From contig CM060731.1 of NCBI GenBank assembly GCA_030704615.1, positions 88,660,001 through 88,724,000 of the forward strand: a stretch of 64,000 nt of DNA, in the 5' to 3' direction. This document shows, piece by piece, positions 39,063 through 50,760 of this stretch; position 1 is the first letter of the stretch; each line of letters starts with the position of its first letter. Source of the DNA: Takakia lepidozioides (Eukaryota > Plantae > Bryophyta). The position numbers and the translations under genes are program-made. The notes beneath the pieces were generated by a model. The model was not told the origin of the DNA and did no database searches. It saw nothing but the letters and a program-made list of their open reading frames with translations.

Positions 39063-39432
39063 AGAGTTATCCGTTAAGTCACCCTGCCTTCCGCCCCTTA
39101 ATAATCCCCACAATGCCTCTGGTGGGCACTTTGCACGTATCCGTTAAGTCGAGCATACGCACTACCAAAAGAGGAACTAAGGAGAGGGTGAGCCTGCAGC
39201 AGCGGGCCCATGTCTAAGGTGCGCACCTGTTAGGCTCATGTCCCGGAGCAGAATGCTAAAAACCAAATACAAGATTAAACGCGTTTTACGCTCATATAGG
39301 TGTTAATTTGAGTCTGGTCCTCTCTTTTTCTCTCTTGTACTTTGTTCGCATGCTCTTTTGACATTTATTGCACTTCAGCTTGCCAAATTGGCCTAACTCA
39401 CCCTCCATCCCCTCGACTTAACGGATAACTCT
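39063..39432. mobile_element. MITE with perfect 18-bp TIRs
   Basis: AGAGTTATCCGTTAAGTC (39063-39080) and GACTTAACGGATAACTCT (39415-39432). Flanks fit either an AAT or a TA target duplication. Confidence 0.85.
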
Positions 39433-39580
39433 AATACATAGATATGAATAAATAAAGTAATATTTAGAGCACTGTATTAGAGCAGATTTGACAAAAAAGA
39501 TTTATGGTTTTGTTTTTGTTTCTCCTGGGTAGTTCGGGCAGCTTTAGTAAGGATGGACGTTGCCCATTATTGACGAAATT

Positions 39581-41250
39581 TGTCATGGTTTTAGTCATGG
39601 TTAACTAGAATTACCCACTTCTAGTTAATTAGGACATTTTGGATATTTATATTTGTATTTTGTGTGTTGGGACTTCATTTGGTCTCATATGCCAAGTGAG
39701 GTGTCAAGCCTCACTTGGGACATGGGGATGGGTTTTCCCCTTGTGAGTGTGGAGGAGAGCTCATTTTCTTGTAGTTGAGCCTCCATGAGCCTCTCTCACC
39801 TCCATAGCTCTAGGTATTGAGAGGGAATGTGTTGAGGGCTTTGTTGATAGAACTGACATGCACCCTTCCTTGCAAATACCTTGCAAGCACAAGAGCTCTC
39901 CTAGCTCTCTACCTCCTTACATACAAGTGCAATACTAATCCTTACACTTTGCACTCACAAGCATAAGGTCATCTTCTTGTAGTGATAATGAAAGTGAACA
40001 TAATGGAAACACTCCATTCATGAATCCACTCAATCACATAAACTAAGTCAAGCCAAGGGCACCTTTGCTAAGGAATCCAAGGGGTTGGAGAGCTCAAGGA
40101 GAGAGCTCTTGTGCTTGCAAGGTGTTGTAAGGGAGAGTGTGTTTGCATTGCATCAAAGAGGTGGAGAGCTCAAGGAGAGAACTCTTGAGTTACAAGGCTT
40201 TGCAAGTATTGCAAAGAGAAAGTCTTGTGTGTGTGGAAGCAAAAATGTTTGAAAGTTTGAGAAGAAGGAGCGTCATCTCTTGTATCTCAAATGTTGTGAT
40301 AACCATTTGCCAAGGAAGTGGCTTCTATGGTGAAAAGAATGCATTGAGGGTTTGTAGAAGCATTATTGTGCACCAAGGGTTTGAGAGCTTGGAAAAGAGC
40401 TCTTGCATCACAAGAGAAGTGTCTTGTGTGTGGAGAAGATAGACACTAGGGTTTCAAGAGCAAGCTTTAGTTGTTCATGGTGTGAGAGAGAAGCCAAAGA
40501 GTGGCACATGCTTGGGTTGGAAACACCATTGAAGGAGTACAACAAGGGTAGCTTGAGGAGCATTGAGTAGCTCAAGAGAAGCTAAGAAGTGGTTGTTTTA
40601 TCCATGGTGAAATGAAGCCAAGTGGGGTTTCATTTGGTTGACAAACAAGCAAGCTAAGGCGCTAGAAGGGAGTGTTTTTGCTAGTTCTATGAGTTCTTGG
40701 ATTGCTCTTGGTGAAGCAAGTGGTTGACCAAGCAAGTGGCGCATGTGTGGAGTAAGCTTTCCAAATGTGGCTTCCAACTTGAAGCTTGATGAGAGCTAGA
40801 AGGTGAAGTGAGCAAGTTCATTCCTTTGTGTATGAGGTGGTGCATGTGTGGAGCATGTTTTTGGCTTAAGCTTTGCTTTTTGAAGCTTGAGAGGAGTGGC
40901 TCTTGAGCTAGCAAGTGAAGGGAGCTTGAATGACCAAGGTTTGAGAGGAGGCAAGGCTTGGTGGCTTGCTAAAGGAGGGGGTGCATGTTGTGGAAGAGAA
41001 GCCAAGGAGCTACATAGGCTAGGGCTTGAAGACAACAAAAACAAACACTTGGAGAGCATCAAGAAGCTCAAGATGACCCTAAAGGGAAGCATGTGGGTGA
41101 AAATTCTATACATGATGATGTGAAGCCTAAAGCATTGAAGAGCTTGGAGCACATGTGGGAGATCATTGGAGGTGGTCTTCATGAAGAAATGAGATTGTGG
41201 CTCAAGGCATGCATAGCAACTTCAACCATACATTAGGATGGACAAGTCAA
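39581..41250 (+). repeat. 5' LTR, first part (continues inverted from 47824 leftwards)
   Basis: 39581-39843 matches 60179-60440; 39980-40073 matches the reverse complement of 60447-60538; interrupted by CACTA at 41251. Confidence 0.75.
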
Positions 41251-43912
41251 CACTACAACAGATCGTGGTATATATGACTGTATATATGACTATCCCGTAG
41301 TCATAAACGGTACATATGACTGCAATGACTTTAAGTCGTGCAAACCAAGTGAATACAATGAGTACAGTATGGTCAGTCATGGATGACTGCAGTCAGATGA
41401 ACCAAGTGATACATCTCACTGTCGTGTGGCAGTAATATGTACTTCTACTTAGTATGCTGCTACAAAGCAGGGATAGAGTGTGGGTTCAGATTCATCGAAG
41501 AGGGCCAGACTTCAAGCTCGACATTACCTACAATTCCATGTGGATCATCAATAGCTACTAGCAACCTGCATGGGTAGATGGTCAACTGGAAGCTGCAGCA
41601 GCAGCGACGGAATTGATAAAATCAGGCACTGCTAATGAAGGCACCTTCTTCAACACATTTTCACCTTGTTTTTCTTTCTTATCAGAATCGACCCTAAGAT
41701 TCCATGTTGAATTCTGCAAGTTAGCTGGTTGAGTGAACCTTTGATAGTTGGAGTGACTTTGACATGATACTGTCAATGTGACAATATGAAAGTATCCTGA
41801 AACAGGTAACAGAGATGGGGTGAAGCTGTGGAATGCATACTTTTCTTACCCATTCAATGGTGGGACAATCGAGGCAAGAAGGTGAATGTCTGTTTGATTA
41901 TAGAGAGTAGCAGATTCAATTGAGCATAGGAACAAGTGTGATAAGTTGAGTTGGGTGTTTCCTAGAACAAATCTAGGCTGTCATCGTCAGCTGCTAGCAG
42001 CAAAGCAAGGATGTATGCATGATTTGTGCATAGCCATGGATAGCTGAAGGAGCAGAGATAGAGTGTGGGTCCAGATTCATCCAAGAGGGCCAGAAAGAGG
42101 TCCATGGTGACATCGTCAAAGCTGGAATTGTACCGGATGTCATTATGAACACTACCCTGGTGGACATGTATGCCAAATGTAGGTGCATTAAGGATGCGAA
42201 GGGAGTTTCCAACACTATGGCTGAACGAGATGTGGTGTCGTGGAACGCGATGCTTGCAGTATGCACAGCAAGGACGTGGTATGGAGGCTTTGGAGACCTA
42301 TGATCAAATGATGGGGGAAGGGGTGAAGCCTGACCACATCACGTTTTTGTGCATTTGCAATGCATGTGCAAGCCTGGCAGCTCTGGAAAAAGGCACAAAA
42401 GTCCATGGCAACATTGTCAGAGCTGGAATTGTACCAAATGTCATTCTGAACAATATCCTCGTGGACATGTACATGCAAAATGTGGTTGCACCCTATCCTG
42501 CTGATTTGTTGTTGTGCTGGAACAGTAGCAAACGTAGAAAGACATACGCATTTTACATCTGTTGTTATCTTCAGTGCATATGTAGTGTCATTTGCACTTT
42601 GTCAGACTATTGTTTGAGGAGTCAGATTTTGGGACTCCAGTGCTATATCGTAAATTTGACTGGCAGCAGTTTAAGAGAAGCTCTTACATCTACTGCTGTC
42701 TTTAAGTGCCTATGTTTTGTCCTTTGCACTTGCCGACTTTGTTCTTTCCTGTGATTCTTGCCTGGGTATAAAGCATTCATTTGCAGAGTCATTTTTTGTC
42801 TCTTTGTTCTTCCATTTGTTCTTCTCTTTGTTTAGTATTGAATAATACTAACCCTAATATCTACTAACCCTAACGAGATAAGCATAGTCGTGGTTTTGTC
42901 TGTCCAATACATTTGAAAGTTCAAAACAACCCCTCATATGACACGCAGATCCTCCTCATGGATATGCCACGTGGCAGTTTCGGGAGACACCATATGGCGC
43001 ACATCCACAAAACCTCAAAGACACAGCTATCCATGCCTCTGCCCATCATGCATTCACCCTTGCCTTGCTGTTAACAGCTGACAATGAAAGGCTCGAATTG
43101 TTCTAGGAAACACCCAACTCAACTTATCACACTAGTTCATATGCTCAATGGCCATTAGGAAGAAATTTACGGTAGTTGGGATACACCATCTTGTGAAGAT
43201 GGCGGGAGCTATGTGCAAAGATCATCGCCACAATGCAAGCATGCATGTTACCCTTTGGTGCTTAGCCCCGAGCAAACAGTTAGTCCTGTACTACACATCC
43301 CGCCACATTAGCAAAAACAAAAAGTTGTCATGTGCATGATCCATAATGCCATCTACCCCACTACGGTGCACAAGACTGTCGCCGCTACTTCAATCAATCC
43401 CAATCCTCATCGATATTATCCGGCATTGACAAGTGAATGTGCGCGGGTTGTTCATGGGGAACATAATATACCTGGATAATCATGCATTGTCCAAAGCAAT
43501 ATGCCTCTCATATGAAAAGATTGTCCGGCCATAGGGTCAAGTGAAGCATCCAATGCCGGGACCCCCCTCCATAGCTCCTTAAGTTCATCAACAAGAGGTC
43601 GCAAATACGTGTCCATGTTTGCCACTTGTTTTTTCCCTATGAGACATTCACATCATTGTTTCAATGCTCCACCAATATGCAAATTATACTACAAAATGAA
43701 TTACACGTCTTACTCCATGATTATGTCACTAATCAATCTTGCATCCGAATTGCGTCAGAGATCAGAAGTTTAATGTAAAGTCTAAGGCAATAATAAACAT
43801 GAAATGAGTACACTCACCTGGCACAATGGCAGCCAACATGATATGGCATTTTTTAATTGAAAGATACGGAGGGATGTTGTAATTCACCATGGTCACCGGC
43901 CAAGTGGAATGA
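41251..43912. mobile_element. CACTA element, one end, with PDF/PPR gene fragments and an intron-containing Tnp2 transposase fragment (minus, 43150-43912)
   Basis: CACTACAACAGA at 41251 with ATGACT subterminal repeats. Tnp2 reads HSTWPVTMVNYNIPP, MDTYLRPLVDELKELW, LLWTMHDYPG and YRKFLPNGH. Confidence 0.85.
41460..42490 (+). pseudogene. Scrambled OSB-type PDF-motif and PLS-class PPR gene fragments
   Basis: GPDFK...W; QWWDNRGKK; LVDMYAKC; VVSWNAM; GVKPDHITFLCICNACASLAALEKG. Paralogous to 48830-50300. Confidence 0.85.
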
Positions 43913-46125
43913 CTACATGACTGGACAGAGTGAACCTACTGCAGCTGCATCCAACAATACAGCTGGTCCAATCCATGATCGGATCTGATGTACACTGGCC
44001 ATAATCCTGGCCCAAGAATCCCCCATGAGATGAACATTCTCCACGATGTAAGCTGGAGACTGCACTTGCCTCACCTGCAAGTCACGCAACACTTGCAACA
44101 TCAAAATAGATGCGATCGTGCATCATGCAAACCATTACCATGACTTGCGGGAGAATGTCCTTGGCAAGGCCACCCTCATATCACCAAGTCAATGGGACCA
44201 TGCCGATCCAAATCATCCGCCCCCAGCATGGTAATGTCTGCTGGCAAAGCCTTTTGGTACCCTTGAATTGCTGAGAGAGGCAACAACTCAGGATACTGAT
44301 ATGTGAGTAAGGCAACATGGCGCATGGAAACACGCCGAGCAATCTCATCCTTCTCAAGGAGAGGTCACTTCCAAATATTACCATTTGACGTGCAAAAAAA
44401 TATAGGGTGCCAAAAATTCTGAGAAAATAAAATTTAGAATATATTTAGAAATACTATAGGATACTAATATATTGGCGCCACCACATTTAAATTAAAATAG
44501 GGTCCAAAATAAAGACGGATTCTTCAAAAAAATAAAACTAATATAGGGTGGAGATAAATTAAAGGGACACGTGTCGATCAGTGACACGCAGCGGAGAGGG
44601 CGTAGGCGCATGTGCACAACAACCCTAGGCTTCCCTCTCTCCTGTCGGCTGCAATTCGTGGTGACATTGTGCTAGACAGACAGAGAGAAAGGGTTGTGCA
44701 CTCAGTGGTGCAAGCATTGTGGCCCACAGGTTTTGAAGCTTGCAGGGCGTGACAATGGAAAAGCGTAGATTGAGGGGGAAGGATGGCAACACAAGCATGG
44801 CGGCCCATAGGTTTTGAGGGACATGGTGGATAGACAGAATACAAAAAATGAGAAGAAAGGTAGGGAACAGGTGGGAGGTCTCTCGACAACTAGTTGATCT
44901 CTTTAACAAGCCAGCCACAACAATCATGGTGCTTTTCAACTACTTCTCAAATCTAGAGGGCATCTGAAATTCAAATATGATGTAACTGACAGCAAGTGGA
45001 TAGACATAAATTCGATTATTAGTTCAGTTACTATGAGATTTGATTTTGCTCAGAACCTTTATACTTTAAATGATGCTGATGCATCTACTTTGGATAAATC
45101 TGTTTCCAGCAAATAAAAAATTATTACCCCTTAATTTTTTTTAAATTTTCAGGTTAATATAGGGTGTCCAATATTTGTTACCTGCTATAAAATATAAATA
45201 ATATAGCCTACAAGAAAATATGTCATATTACAAAATTATGTAATAAAGAGTGGCAAAAAATTCAGAAAATAAAATTAATACCCCCATAGAAAATGCCTAT
45301 AATTTGCATCACATGTCTAAGAAACTAGATAGGGAGTGACCTCCCCGAGATCCTTCTCCACATATAAGTACTTGCGTACTTTGATTCCTGCTTACAACAC
45401 TCCTGCAAACCCAGTGCTCATGCCTCCAAACAGGTCTAGTAAACAAATCCCTGAGTCAGGTGGTTGCCAGGTAATGGGCACTGTGTCCTAACTCAGGAGG
45501 TCCATGTGATGTCACTGAACTCCCCTCGCTCACCAATGGAAAGGCCTCCTACCACACGCTCGCCTGCTACTCGATTCAAATTCCCAACTGTACCCCATAG
45601 TGGAATATGCATAGGCACATGAGGAAGCAACTCAGCCTTGTATGTCAATTGTTTGTCCTCATCAGATGGTGGCATATCATCTGCATGGCTATTGCCCTCC
45701 AAGAGCTCACCACCCCAAGCCACCACACCTGAGAATGTAGCCAATGTTGGCATCATGTTCCTATGATCCACCGCTACATTCCCAATAAACCGCACTGGGA
45801 GCAGTGCACGTCGGCCATCCCCTGACTGCCATTCCGGCCTATAGGACGTCGTTTCCTCCCAAAAGTCCAGAGTAAATCCCATTGGGTATAACACGGCCCC
45901 ACCAACAAGCACATCATAGGACATTGTGTCCGTAACAATGGTTTTGGCTCTCATGACTGAGCCATCCGTAGGATAATCTGGCTGTAGTCAAATGAAGAGC
46001 TCATGGCGTATGATCCCTCGCGTCTTCTCTGAACCACCTAAAGACGTTTGAATCTGGAAAGGGCAAGGCTCCAAATCCGCCTCTGTAAGGCCCAAGCCTG
46101 CAACTGCTGCTCTCCCCAACATATT
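43913..46125 (-). pseudogene. Retroviral-like aspartic protease (C-terminal half) fused to a cytosine-5 DNA methyltransferase, motifs I to start of VIII
   Basis: DVLVGGAVL (protease); motif I LLDLFGGMSTG (about 45410-45445); motif II YLYVEKD; motif IV IDLVI*GWPCQGHS...GLHDARS (44105-44195); motif VI YIVENV (about 44035); DAAAVGS before motif VIII. Stops and frameshifts are present. Confidence 0.88.
44356..45349. mobile_element. Non-autonomous TIR element inserted in the methyltransferase domain
   Basis: Direct repeat ATCCTTCTC at 44347-44355 and 45350-45358; imperfect TIRs GAGGTCACTTCC / GGGAGTGACCTC. Removing the insert restores VEKDEIARR. Confidence 0.8.
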
Positions 46126-48779
46126 GATGGCATTGTCATGTAGGAGTATGATAATTTATCACTATTCTATGTCTGAAAAAAATAGTGTTGTGACAGCAAA
46201 AAATGGACACTGTAGGCTGCAATCACCCTGGCATAAACCGCACACCTCGTCTTGTGTACCACTAGTATTGCTGGCACTGCTCGTATCGGCACTCCCCTCA
46301 GCAACTGGTGGCACCTCCGTGATGAAAACTCACAACCACACCTGTTGTAAACCTGTCTCTAATCCCCCTTTCCATAAGGTAATCGGATAGAGAACCTGTT
46401 GCCGCTTATGGCTTAGACTACTAGGTTCTTAATATAAACCTGTACCTGCACCTGCATCCACCGCAAACACTCCTATGGTTGGATGGTCGTCACCCGAACC
46501 TCACCACAGGAGAAACAATGATGGTCTGACTGGTCATCACCCCAGCCTCACCACCGACAGCATGCTCTAGGATTGGCCGGTGATCAAATCCGGACCAACC
46601 TCCTATGAAAACAAGCGCCCACACAAAGCTAACATGGCGCACAGTCAAGCATGCAAGTGTGGAGGGGATCCAAACGGAAGAAAATCAAACAGTAACTCCC
46701 CCACACCACAAACATTCCACAGTGTCGCTCCTGCAAGACACCCCCAGCCCAAACCCGGACTGATTCTTGCCTCCACCTACGGAAATGTTTTGGCCTACAG
46801 AGAGGGTGAAAGACTACATGGAAGAGAGACTAAAACAACTCCTAATCCAGCATGCTCTCATCCCACTAGCCTATCTCCACACTCTCTTGGTGGAGCAATA
46901 GACAATACTACCTTTCAAGGGTCTCTCAAATAACTCTCCAAGAGCCCTCAAGATGTCTATCAAACAATCTCACTAAGGCTCCCAATCCTTACACAATGGG
47001 ACTCCAAAACAGTACACCAAGGCCCAAGAGCCTGCCAAATCTCGGCCCTCAAGGACCCGAAATAGCCCTCCAAAGGCTCTTCAACGTGTCCTCCAAAGAC
47101 CCCCCAAGGATCCTCCAAAGGAAATACTCCTCCAGATACACCATATATGTCATACACTTTTAATGAAAACGTATGGCAGGAAAAGTCTCTCCACTTGTAT
47201 CCATACACTGTTCAAAAAAGTGTATGTTGGGCAGTATGAGCCATACTCTTATCACAAAACTGTATGGTGGGCAGAATGAGCCATACCCTGTTTTTGAAGT
47301 GGATGGAGAGTAGGGTTTGTAGAGTATAGTAAGAAACACCATACACATTATTGCTCCTGATCCATGCTTCTACCCCAAGTCTTAAGGAGTTTATGCGATG
47401 GTGAGAAACACCTTCTTCATGGTATCTTCCCCCCTAACATGCATGCAAGATTGCATTGTCTTATCTTGCAATGAATTCATCACAAATTGACAAGTTCCTC
47501 ATGATCTCCTTGGAACTCATAGCAAGCTAATGTGCCCAATGACAGGCGCCAAGCCTTGCTTCAATTTGACTTTTGTATGCCATCTTCTATGTGTTTTCCC
47601 TTGCATGGGCTAGTCACACACACTTCCACCTCTTGACCTAGGTGTTGTCTTCATTCACAATAATGTGTATCCACACCTCTATTCAAGAGCTCATCTTCTC
47701 AAACTTGAAGTCATAAGCCCTAAAGAGCATGTTCCACATAAGCATCACTTGCTTGATCAACCATCCACCACAAAACTTAAGCAAGAAGAGAATGAATACA
47801 TGAGCTTCACCTTCCCCTTCCTTGCACTACAACAGAACGCGGTATATCTGACTGCCAGGCCGCGGTAGTCATGGTTTTCCTGACTTTGACCATGACTTCC
47901 TTGTATTTTTGGACCAAATGGGGCTTCACGTAGTCGTTGAAATGACTTCGTGACTATGTAGTCCTCTGAGCGACTACGTTGGTAGACGTCGTCATGACTG
48001 CATGGCTCCGCAGGAGACAGAAGGGTGGTCAACGATGATTGACCAGCGCCAGCTTGCCACCAACAGTCGCCGGAATGACTTCTAGTGCAAGCTTGGTAGC
48101 CAAAACGTTAAAAAATTCAAAAAGTTGTTTGTAGGGTTGCCCATTAGAGGGCTGGGACTTAGCCTCATTTTGGTTTTTTTGCTTTTGGTCTCCTGTGCGT
48201 TTTCTTAGTAAAGAGCTGAGAGCATGAAACGCGATGATCGCAGGATATGCAGGGGCGTGGGATGGAGGCTTTGCAGAGCTATTCTTGAGCAAATGATGCA
48301 GGAATGGCGAGGATATGCACAACGTGGAGGTGGTATAGAGGCTTCGGAGACGTATGAGCAAATAATGCGGGAAAGGGTGAAGCCGGACTGGGTCACGGTC
48401 GTTTGTGTTTGCAATGCGTGTGCGAGCCTGGCAGCTCTGGAAAAGGTAAAAGGTCCATGGTGACATTGTCAAATTTAGGGTATCCAGAAACAGGTAACAG
48501 AGACAGATGTGGCAGTATTGAGGATACAAAGGGAGTGTTTGAGAATATGGCTGAACGAAATGTCGTGTCCTAGAGTGCAATGATCGCGGGATATGCCCCA
48601 GCACGGATGCGGGATGGAGGCATTGGAGACCTATGAGCAAATGATGAGGGAAGGGGCAAAGGCAGACAGACTTGGTCACGTTCGTTTGTAGATGCAATGC
48701 GTGTGCGAGCTTGATTCTTCTTCGACCTGTTTCAGCCTGTTTTGCCCTCTCATCAGACTCGGCCCTGAATTGCTCGGCG

Positions 48780-50760
48780 GAGGAGAGCTGGCATGAGTTT
48801 TTTACAAATCCTTCACGATGGTGGGACAACCGCGATCACAAGTGCTTTGACATGTTACTGCCAATGTAGCAACTGGAAAGTATCCAAAAACAGAAAACAG
48901 AGATGAGGAGAAGCTATGGAATGAATACTTCTCCGACCCCAGTCAATGGTGGGACAAGCGAGGCAAGAAGGTGAATGTTGTTAGATTACAAAGAGAAGCA
49001 GATGCAATTAGCATAGGAACTAGTGTGATAAGTAGGGTTGGGTTATTTGTTAGAACAAATCATTGTCAATTGCTGGAAGCAAGGCGAGGATCTTTGCATG
49101 ATTTGTGCAGAGGGGCAAATAGCTGAAGGAGCAAGGATAGAGTGTGGGTCCAGATTCATCCAAGAGGGCCGGATTTCAAGCACAAGATTACCTATGATTC
49201 CCTGTGGATCAGTAGCTACACAAAACCTGCATGGGTAGATGGTCAACTGGAAGCAACAGCGGTCACACCGACACAGTTGATAAAGTCAGGCACCTCGATC
49301 CTAACCACAAGCGCTTCTAAAAGAGGACCAAGAGAGGGAGTCCACAATGACTCTTCTGGGACTTCTAGGCATGTGAAGATGCTTTGTGAAGCAGACTGAC
49401 TGACAGTGGCTCTACAGACTTTAAACCAAGGAGGAGGCATTTCAGCAGATTCAGATACGTATGTCTGTCTCTTGCATAAGTGCATCAAGATGAAAGGCCT
49501 GGAAGCTGGAAAACAGGTGCACGCTCACATCATCCAAAGTGGATTCAAGCCAAACGTTTTTTACACAACACCCTTGTCAACATGTATGTTGAGTGCGGGA
49601 GCATCATGGATGCTCACCAACTGTTCAACAGAATGCCTCAACGATCTTTGGTCACGTGGAATATTATAATGTTGGCAGGATTTACCAAGCATGGGTGTGG
49701 TACAAATGCTTTGGAGACCTACAAGCAAATGAGGCTGGAAGGGGTAAGCCCGACCACATCACATTTGTTTGCGTTTGCAATGCGTGCGCGAGCCTGGCAG
49801 CCTTGGAAAAGGGCAAAGAGGTCCATGTTGACATCGTCAAGCTGGAATTGTACCAGATGTCATTCTGAACACTACCCTGGTGGACATGTATGTCAAATTT
49901 GGGTGCATTGAAGATGCAAAGGCAATGTTCGACAAAATGGCTGAACGTGATGTGGTGTCGTGGAGCGCGATGATCGCAGGATATGCACAGCAGGGTCGTG
50001 GGATGGAGGCTTTGGAGACCTATGAGAAAATGATGCTAGAAGGGGTGAAGCCCAACTAGATCACCTTGCTGGCGTTCGCAATGCATGTGCAAGTCTGGCA
50101 GCCTTGGAAAATGTCTTGGTCCATGGTGACATTGTCAAAGCTGGAATTGTACCAAATGTCATTCTGAACACTGCCTTGCTGGATATGTATGCCAAATGTG
50201 GGAGTGTTGAAGATGCAAAGGGGATGTTTGACATTATGGCTGAATGTGATGTGGTGTTGTGGAACGCGATGATCGTAGGACATGCACAGCAGGGTTGCGG
50301 GATGGTTGTCATTCTGAACAATACCAAGGTGGACTTGTATGCAAAATGTGAGTGCATCGAGCCCTGGACAAGGGCAAAGAGCTGCATGGGGATATCATCA
50401 AAGCTGAAATGGTACCAAATGTCATTCTGAACATTGCCCTGGCAGCTCTTGAAAAGGGGAAAGAGGTCCATGGCGACATCTTCAGAGCTGGAATTGTACC
50501 AAATGTCATTCGGAACAATACCCTGGTGGACATGTATGCAAAATGTGGGTGCATCGAGCCCTGGACAAGGGCAAAGAGGTGCATGGGGATATCATCAAAG
50601 CTGGAATTGTACCAAATGTCATTATAAACACTGCCCTGGCAGCTCTGGAAAGGGGCAAAGAGGTCCATGGCGACATCTTCAGAGCTGGAATAAATGTCAT
50701 TCTGAACAATACCCTGGTGGACATGTATGCAAAATGTGGGTGCATCGAGGAGTCCCCCGT
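48780..50760 (+). pseudogene. OSB/PTAC9-type PDF motif(s) fused to a PLS-class PPR array
   Basis: WHEFFTNPSRWWDNRDHK, then EEKLWNEYFSDPSQWWDKRGKK, intron 48971-49153, then IHPRGPDFKHKITYDSLW...PAWVDGQL. The same frame continues into TYVCLLHKC...GKQVHAHII and P-L-S repeats, with stops and frameshifts. Confidence 0.85.
50308..50750 (+). repeat. Tandem ~190-197-bp duplications of PPR L/S-motif coding sequence
   Basis: Unit starts at 50308, 50505 and 50696. Confidence 0.85.

Noticed and set aside
43913-45460. Host DRM/DNMT3 gene or bacterial contamination
   Set aside because: The domain is fused to a retroviral-like protease, its C-terminal motifs run into gypsy RT, and it is interleaved with plant transposons.
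48029-48829. 266-aa minus-strand ORF as a novel gene
   Set aside because: It is the antisense shadow of decayed PPR/PDF sequence.
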